Below are positions 36,337 to 42,022 of a stretch of 42,022 bases of DNA, in pieces. Position 1 is the first letter of the stretch. Every line of letters begins with the position of its first letter. The notes under the pieces were generated by a model. That model did not search any database. It was not told the origin of the DNA and saw nothing but the letters and a program-made list of their open reading frames with translations. The translations under genes were made by a program, and so were the position numbers. The DNA comes from Candidatus Woesearchaeota archaeon (lineage in GTDB: Archaea; Nanobdellota; Nanobdellia; Woesearchaeales; CAZJJJ01): the NCBI GenBank assembly GCA_046538795.1, contig JBKHIF010000002.1, positions 1 to 42,022 of the forward strand. The letters are read 5' to 3'.

Positions 36337-37899
36337 ATGATAAATCTTGAAGAAATACCAAAAAGTCCTGGATGTTATATCTACAAAGATTCAAGAGAAA
36401 ACATAATCTATATCGGAAAGGCAAAAAACCTGAAAAAACGCGTATCAAGCTATTTCCAGAAAAAAGATAATGATCCAAAGACACAAGCTCTTGTAAAAGC
36501 AATTGATTCTGTTGATTTCATCGCTACAAACAGTGAAGTTGAAGCATTGATACTGGAAAATAATCTTATCAAAAAAAACAAGCCAAAATATAACATAGAT
36601 CTTAAGGATTCAAAACGTTACGCTTATATCCTTCTTACTGATGAAAAATTTCCAAGACTTGTAATTGCGCGCGATGTAATACAAAAAGGAACATATTTCG
36701 GCCCATTTGTTTCTGCGCGTGAAAGAGATTATGTGATTGAATTTCTCACACGAAATTTCAAGATAAGAACATGTAAAAAACTTCCAAAAAAGGCTTGTTT
36801 GAGATACCATATGAAATGGTGCGAAGCTCCCTGCATCGGAAACGTTACAGAAGATCATTATATGGAAGGAATAGAATATGCAAAAAAAATTCTTTCAGGA
36901 AATACTAAAGATGCGATCGATATACTGAAATCAGATATGAAAAAGCATTCAGAAGAACAAAATTTTGAAGTTGCTCTCGATATGAGAAACAAGATTGAGG
37001 CATTGATAAGCTTAAATGAAAAACAAAATATGGAAAGGCGAAAGGTCTTTGATGAGGATGTAATAAATTATCACATTGAAAAAGACAAGGTTTACCTGAT
37101 GGTTTTTAATGTCTACAAGGGCACATTAGCAAATAAGGAAGAATTCATATTCAACCACATCGATGGATTTTTCGAGGATTTCATAAAACAATATTATTCA
37201 TCAAATAATATCCCCAAAGAGATAATACTTCCTGAAGATATTGATCTTTCTATTGCTGAATACTTGACTGAAAAGCGAGGTTCACAAGTAAGGATAAATA
37301 TCCCAAAAATAGGTGAAAAGAAAAAACTTCTTGATCTTGTTGAGAGAAATATCAAGCTGACATTTTTCAGAGGTATTGAAAAGGTTCAGAAACTTGGAGA
37401 AAAACTAAAGCTTCCTACGCACCCTCATGTCATAGAATGTTTTGACATATCACATCTATCAGGAACAAGCACGGTCGCATCCATGGTACAGTTCAGGGAA
37501 GGACGTCCTGACAAGAGCAATTACAGGCGATTCAGGATAAGGACTGTTGAAAATATTGATGATTTCAAGTCAATGTCTGAAGTTGTGCAAAGAAGATACA
37601 AAAGACTTAAACAGGAAAATCTTGACATGCCTGACCTTATCATAATAGACGGAGGCAAAGGACAGCTTTCAAGTGCTATAAATGAAATAAAAAGTCTAGG
37701 TCTTAATATCCCAACAATATCTATTGCAAAACGTGAAGAAGAGATATTTTTTCCTGGAAGCAGGTTTCCTTTAAAACTTTCAAAAAAGGATACTGCGCTT
37801 AAATATATCCAGGAAATAAGAGATGAAGCGCACAGGTTTGCAATAACATACAACAGATTATTAAGAAAAAAGTCATTAACTGAGACGAAAGACGATTAA
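36337..37899 (+). CDS. uvrC: excinuclease ABC subunit C, short form lacking C-terminal (HhH)2
   Basis: GIY-YIG (PGCYIYKD...[38 protein letters not shown]), UVR domain ([15 protein letters not shown]) and RNase-H-like endonuclease domain (IECFDISH...[10 protein letters not shown]...[12 protein letters not shown]). I place the start at ATG 36337 (MINLEEIP); the ORF-track start at 36220 overlaps uvrA. Confidence 0.9.
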   Translation: MINLEEIPKSPGCYIYKDSRENIIYIGKAKNLKKRVSSYFQKKDNDPKTQALVKAIDSVDFIATNSEVEALILENNLIKKNKPKYNIDLKDSKRYAYILLTDEKFPRLVIARDVIQKGTYFGPFVSARERDYVIEFLTRNFKIRTCKKLPKKACLRYHMKWCEAPCIGNVTEDHYMEGIEYAKKILSGNTKDAIDILKSDMKKHSEEQNFEVALDMRNKIEALISLNEKQNMERRKVFDEDVINYHIEKDKVYLMVFNVYKGTLANKEEFIFNHIDGFFEDFIKQYYSSNNIPKEIILPEDIDLSIAEYLTEKRGSQVRINIPKIGEKKKLLDLVERNIKLTFFRGIEKVQKLGEKLKLPTHPHVIECFDISHLSGTSTVASMVQFREGRPDKSNYRRFRIRTVENIDDFKSMSEVVQRRYKRLKQENLDMPDLIIIDGGKGQLSSAINEIKSLGLNIPTISIAKREEEIFFPGSRFPLKLSKKDTALKYIQEIRDEAHRFAITYNRLLRKKSLTETKDD

Positions 37900-37900
37900 A

Positions 37901-39835
37901 ATGAACGATAAACACAAGTTCAACCTAAAATCAGAATACAAGCCAAAAGGTTCTCAGCCTAAGGCCATAAAGAAAATAATTGATAATCTGAAATATAACA
38001 TGAAAAAGCAGACACTTTTAGGTGTGACTGGTTCTGGAAAGACTTTTACCATGGCTCATGTAATAAACAAGATCCAAAAACCCACTCTTGTTCTTGCACA
38101 TAACAAGACTCTAGCAGCACAGCTATATAATGAGTTCAAAGAACTTTTCCCAGATAATCGTGTTGAATATTTTGTCTCATACTATGACTACTATCAGCCA
38201 GAATCATATATTCCTCAAAAAGACCAGTACATAGAAAAGGATGCACAGATCAACCAGAAGATTGAACAGTTAAGGCAGAGTGCAACTGCATCTGTTCTTT
38301 CAAGAAATGATACCATAATCGTTGCCTCTGTTTCCTGCATCTATGGTCTTGGAAATCCTGACAATTATAGGAATATGGGTCTTGATCTTGCCAAAGGAGA
38401 AAAGATCAAACGTTCTGAACTCATGAAAGGTCTTGTCGATATCCAGTATGAAAGAAACGATACAGAACTTATGCCTGGACGATTCAGGGTAAAGGGAGAA
38501 ACAATAGACATTATCCCAGGATATTCTGATAACATAATAAGAATAGAACTTTTCGGTGATGAGATCGAAAACATAATGCATGTTGAAAAACAGACAGGAA
38601 AAATAACAGACCATATTGAGCATGTTGCGATATATCCTGCAAGACATTTTGTCATCCCTGACAATATCAAGGAAAAAGCAATAGACCAGATAAAAGACGA
38701 GCTTAAAGAAAGACTTCCTAAACTTGGTGATCTTGAAGCACACAGGCTGCGCCAAAGAACCATGTATGACATGGAGATGATTGAAGAGACAGGATACTGC
38801 AAAGGGATTGAAAATTATTCAAGGCATTTTGATTTCAGGAAACCTGGAGAAAAGCCATATACCTTGATGGATTATTTTCCTGATGATTATCTGCTGTTTA
38901 TAGATGAGAGCCATCAGACAATACCTCAGCTTCATGGTATGTATAAAGGCGATTATTCAAGAAAAAAATCTCTTGTAGAATATGGCTTCAGGCTTCCAAG
39001 TGCATTTGACAATCGACCTCTTAAATTTAATGAATTTGAGAAATATATGAAACAGGTTGTCTTTGTATCTGCAACACCAGGACCATATGAAGATCAAAAA
39101 TCAGAAGATGTTGTAGAACAGATAATAAGACCTACAGGTCTTGTTGATCCAGTAGTTGAAGTAAGACCTATTTCAGGACAGATAGATGATATAAAAAAAG
39201 AGATTGAAAAAACAATTGCGAAAAATAATCGTATTCTTATAACAACGCTCACAAAGAAACTTGCAGAAGAACTGACTGATTTTTTAGGACGTGAAAAGAT
39301 CAAGACAAGATATCTTCATTCAGATATCGATACGCTTGAAAGAAGCGAGATCATAAGAGAGTTAAGGTTGGGAGTGTTTGATGTTCTTGTAGGGATCAAT
39401 CTATTAAGAGAAGGTCTTGACATCCCCGAAGTTGGTTTTATTGCAATACTTGATGCTGACAAGGAAGGTTTTTTAAGAAACCACAGGAGTTTGATCCAGA
39501 CAATAGGACGCGCTGCACGAAATTCTGATTCAAAAGTTGTTTTATATGCTGATAAGATGACTGATTCTATGAGAACAGCGATAGATGAGACTAAAAGAAG
39601 AAGAAATCTTCAGATAGAATTCAATAAAAAACATGGTATTGTTCCACAGACTATTGTAAAAGGGATCAGAGAGAAACAGGTTGAAATAAAAGATACAAAA
39701 CACATTCCTAAATCAGATATTCCAAATCTGATAGTTGAACTGGAACAAGACATGAAAGAAGCAGCAGAAAGACTTAATTTTGAAGAAGCTATAATGCTTA
39801 GAGATAAGATAAAACGGTTGAAGGAACGTGTTTGA
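37901..39835 (+). CDS. uvrB: excinuclease ABC subunit B
   Basis: 644-aa ORF with [30 protein letters not shown], the helicase C-domain and the C-terminal UVR motif [16 protein letters not shown]. It starts 1 nt after the uvrC stop. Confidence 0.97.
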   Translation: MNDKHKFNLKSEYKPKGSQPKAIKKIIDNLKYNMKKQTLLGVTGSGKTFTMAHVINKIQKPTLVLAHNKTLAAQLYNEFKELFPDNRVEYFVSYYDYYQPESYIPQKDQYIEKDAQINQKIEQLRQSATASVLSRNDTIIVASVSCIYGLGNPDNYRNMGLDLAKGEKIKRSELMKGLVDIQYERNDTELMPGRFRVKGETIDIIPGYSDNIIRIELFGDEIENIMHVEKQTGKITDHIEHVAIYPARHFVIPDNIKEKAIDQIKDELKERLPKLGDLEAHRLRQRTMYDMEMIEETGYCKGIENYSRHFDFRKPGEKPYTLMDYFPDDYLLFIDESHQTIPQLHGMYKGDYSRKKSLVEYGFRLPSAFDNRPLKFNEFEKYMKQVVFVSATPGPYEDQKSEDVVEQIIRPTGLVDPVVEVRPISGQIDDIKKEIEKTIAKNNRILITTLTKKLAEELTDFLGREKIKTRYLHSDIDTLERSEIIRELRLGVFDVLVGINLLREGLDIPEVGFIAILDADKEGFLRNHRSLIQTIGRAARNSDSKVVLYADKMTDSMRTAIDETKRRRNLQIEFNKKHGIVPQTIVKGIREKQVEIKDTKHIPKSDIPNLIVELEQDMKEAAERLNFEEAIMLRDKIKRLKERV

Positions 39836-39913
39836 TCAAATCACCAAAACATTTAAAAACTAATTCTTAAAAACCTTTTTAAATAACCTTTGATTCATTT
39901 TTCAAATTACAAT

Positions 39914-39985
39914 GGTGGATGTAGCGTAATGGTAGCGTGGAAGCCTGTGGAGCTTCAGGACCGGGTTCAATTCCCGGCATCTACC
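39914..39985 (+). tRNA. tRNA-His (GTG) with genome-encoded G-1
   Basis: G(-1)-GTGGATG-TA-GCGT-AATGGTA-GCGT-G-GAAGC-CTGTGGA-GCTTC-AGGA-CCGGG-TTCAATT-CCCGG-CATCTAC-C73. G-1 pairs with C73. CCA is not encoded. Confidence 0.85.
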
Positions 39986-40030
39986 CTCTCCTTTTATATA
40001 TGAAAAGATAATTAACAATTCTTGATAAAA

Positions 40031-41323
40031 ATGAAATTAACACTCCCTAAAGGCACAAGAGATTCTCTTCCTGAAGAAAAAATAGGAAAACAAAAACTCA
40101 TGGATGATCTGAAAACAATCTTTGAGCTTTATGGTTATTCTCCTATAGATACGCCTGTTATTGAACGATTTGATGTCTTGGCATCAAAATATGCAGGCGG
40201 AGCAGAGATCTTAAAAGAAACTTTCAAGCTTAGTGATCAGGGAAAAAGAGAATTAGGACTAAGATATGACCTGACTGTTCCTTTTGCAAGAGTTGTCGGA
40301 ATGAATCCTGATCTGAAGATGCCTTTTAAGCGATACCAGATCGATAAGGTCTGGCGTGATGGTCCTGTTGGTCTTGGAAGATACAGAGAATTTTGGCAGT
40401 GTGATGTTGATCTTGTGGGAACAAAATCAATGATGGCAGATGCTGAAGTTTTAGCGATTGCAAAAAAAGCAATGGAATCATTTGGCCTTAAGTGCAGGAT
40501 AAATGTTAATAACAGAAAAGTTTTGAATGGATTGCTTGGTTCATTCGGAGTAAAAACACGCGATGAAAAGATAGACATAATACTTACTATAGATAAGATC
40601 AAAAAGATATCTGATAAGGAGTTTGCAAAAGAACTTTCTCTAAAAGGTCTTGATTCAAAACAGATCAAAAAAATAAAAGAAATATTTTCTATTGAAGGAA
40701 GCAACAAAAAAAAGCTTGAAGCGGTCTCAAAAGAGATAACTGATCAGGAAGGAAAAGAAGGAGTTAAAGAATTAGAAGAATTGTTTGGTCTTCTTGACTC
40801 ATACGGCATAACGAATTATGATCTTGAACTATCTTTATCAAGAGGTCTTGCATTCTACACAGGAACTGTTTTTGAAACATTTTTAGTAAACAATGAGATC
40901 AAATCAGCTGTTGCATCCGGCGGACGTTATGATGATATAATACCAAAGTTTCTTGATTCAAAAATGGACTTTCCTGCAGTCGGCATATCTTTTGGGCTTA
41001 ACAGGATATATGATGCTTTAAAAGACAAGGAAAAGGCTGCAAAAAAGACTGTTACAAAGGTATTTGTTGTTCCGATAGGATTAGATAAAAAAGCAATATC
41101 TATCGTTGAAAAATTAAGAGAATCTGGAATTAATTCTGAGATTGATCTTACAGGAAGAGGGATAAGCAAGAATTTAAAATATGCAAATTCAAAAGGCATT
41201 CCCTATGTACTCATTGTTGGAGAAAACGAACTGAAAGAAAGCAAGTTTAAGCTCAAAGACATGATTTCTGGAGAAGAAAAAACGCTTTCTCTTGATAGCA
41301 TAATATCTAAAATTAAAAAATAA
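40031..41323 (+). CDS. hisS: histidine--tRNA ligase
   Basis: Class II aaRS motifs (KGTRD, LRYDLTVPFARV, YREFWQCDVD, GGRYDDI) and an anticodon-binding C-terminal domain. ATG 40031 (MKLTLPKGTRD); the ORF-track TTG is at 40022. Confidence 0.93.
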   Translation: MKLTLPKGTRDSLPEEKIGKQKLMDDLKTIFELYGYSPIDTPVIERFDVLASKYAGGAEILKETFKLSDQGKRELGLRYDLTVPFARVVGMNPDLKMPFKRYQIDKVWRDGPVGLGRYREFWQCDVDLVGTKSMMADAEVLAIAKKAMESFGLKCRINVNNRKVLNGLLGSFGVKTRDEKIDIILTIDKIKKISDKEFAKELSLKGLDSKQIKKIKEIFSIEGSNKKKLEAVSKEITDQEGKEGVKELEELFGLLDSYGITNYDLELSLSRGLAFYTGTVFETFLVNNEIKSAVASGGRYDDIIPKFLDSKMDFPAVGISFGLNRIYDALKDKEKAAKKTVTKVFVVPIGLDKKAISIVEKLRESGINSEIDLTGRGISKNLKYANSKGIPYVLIVGENELKESKFKLKDMISGEEKTLSLDSIISKIKK

Positions 41324-41329
41324 TAATTC

Positions 41330-41719
41330 TTAGTTCAGGTCATATTCAAAAACCGATACGCCTTTTGTTATCAATTTTGCAATGATTGAGTTTCCCAGAT
41401 ATTCCTTATCATAACCTGGTTTTGAGAATCTTATTCCTATCTGCCTTTTGGACATTGGAGAATATAGTTCAAGCCAGACACTGTCTTTTAAATGTGCGTT
41501 TGAAAATGACGTGTCATGTGTGTTCCTGAAAGATAATGGTGGAAACTCTACTGAAGATATTCTTGCGAAAACACCATCTGCCGAAACCTTATTTTCTTTC
41601 ATATAATTATCCAAGAAAGACCCAACAGAATCAATTGTATATTCTCTTCCCTGGTTTATTTTTGGTAAAACTGATTCAAGTTCATTTTCTTCTGCAAGAG
41701 CTAAATTATCTATAGACAT
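41330..41719 (-). CDS. hypothetical protein
   Basis: About 129 aa. ATG 41719 lies 4 nt after the SD GGGGTGAT (minus strand, 41724-41731); the ORF-track GTG start at 41728 lies inside that SD. No family recognised. Confidence 0.5.
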   Translation of the reverse strand: MSIDNLALAEENELESVLPKINQGREYTIDSVGSFLDNYMKENKVSADGVFARISSVEFPPLSFRNTHDTSFSNAHLKDSVWLELYSPMSKRQIGIRFSKPGYDKEYLGNSIIAKLITKGVSVFEYDLN

Positions 41720-41856
41720 AAATATCACCCCTTCAAAAAATCAAGATGAAAATCTATATAAACATTAGCTTTAACAAATCTGGCAAACTCAAAAAAAGAG
41801 TCTCAATCGATAGTATTATGGAAAATAAGGACTTATGAAATTAACAATAATCCTGA

Positions 41857-41890
41857 GAATCAAGTCATTTTTGAAGAAAATGAACGCCGA
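41857..41890. repeat. imperfect direct repeat, copy 1
   Basis: GAATCAAGTCATTTTTGAAGAAAATGAACGCCGA. Confidence 0.6.
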
Positions 41891-41984
41891 TACCAAAATG
41901 GCACAAGGACTGGGATTAGTTTGCTTTGCAAAAGCAAAGGAAAATTCGAGGGAAGCTTTGCTTTCCGATGATGTTCAAATTCCA

Positions 41985-42017
41985 GAATCAAGCCATTTTT
42001 GAAGAAAATGGCGCCGA
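41985..42017. repeat. imperfect direct repeat, copy 2 (at window edge)
   Basis: GAATCAAGCCATTTTTGAAGAAAATGGCGCCGA. It lies 128 nt after copy 1 and differs from it by 1 substitution and a 1-nt indel region. Confidence 0.6.
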
Positions 42018-42022
42018 GGCTG

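Noticed and set aside
41960-41975. C/D-box sRNA (CGATGATGT near 41966; CTGA at 41853)
   Set aside because: The C box is imperfect (UGAUGU). The box order and spacing do not fit a C-D'-C'-D layout, and there is no terminal stem.
41857-42022. CRISPR array at the right edge
   Set aside because: Only two copies are visible and the repeats are not identical. The spacing of ~94 nt between repeats is far longer than CRISPR spacers, and there are no cas genes in the window.

Overview
Low-GC, gene-dense chromosomal segment of about 45 genes. I read it as archaeal, probably a small-genome DPANN-like lineage; the lineage is inference. Archaeal markers are ribosomal protein S3Ae, Bud32/KEOPS kinase, Trm1, a type-2 methionine aminopeptidase, an ATP-dependent DNA ligase, an MJ-type S-layer protein, an initiator tRNA with A1:U72 and an intron, and TATA boxes 26-28 nt upstream of many ATGs (leaderless mRNAs). 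Several genes look bacterial in type: gyrB, uvrA-uvrC-uvrB, gpmI, a Leptospira-type cimA, a long-form DCD and tspO. The content is mostly housekeeping and repair: gyrB, rps3ae, bud32, map, trm1, pcm, an MscS-family channel, an aldo/keto reductase, lig-polX, dcd, gpmI, thpR, an S-layer gene, cimA, uvrACB and tRNA-His plus hisS. No CRISPR array, integrase, transposase or recognisable defence operon was found. The observations most worth a second look are: (1) a 4xCBS protein fused to an HPF/RaiA-like ribosome-hibernation fold; (2) two otherwise intact membrane-protein genes (tspO and a DUF2238-like gene), each interrupted by one in-frame UGA although UGA is a normal stop elsewhere; (3) a small basic protein built from two near-identical about 33-aa units; (4) a small islet next to the intron-containing tRNA-iMet holding a PD-(D/E)xK nuclease and a hyper-acidic mini-protein; (5) a membrane-tethered wHTH regulator next to a signal-anchored peroxiredoxin; (6) a repeated 3' intergenic element with a covarying hairpin; (7) helically phased ATAGTTAAA repeats upstream of the S-layer promoter. 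All functional calls rest on motif recognition by eye. No searches were run.
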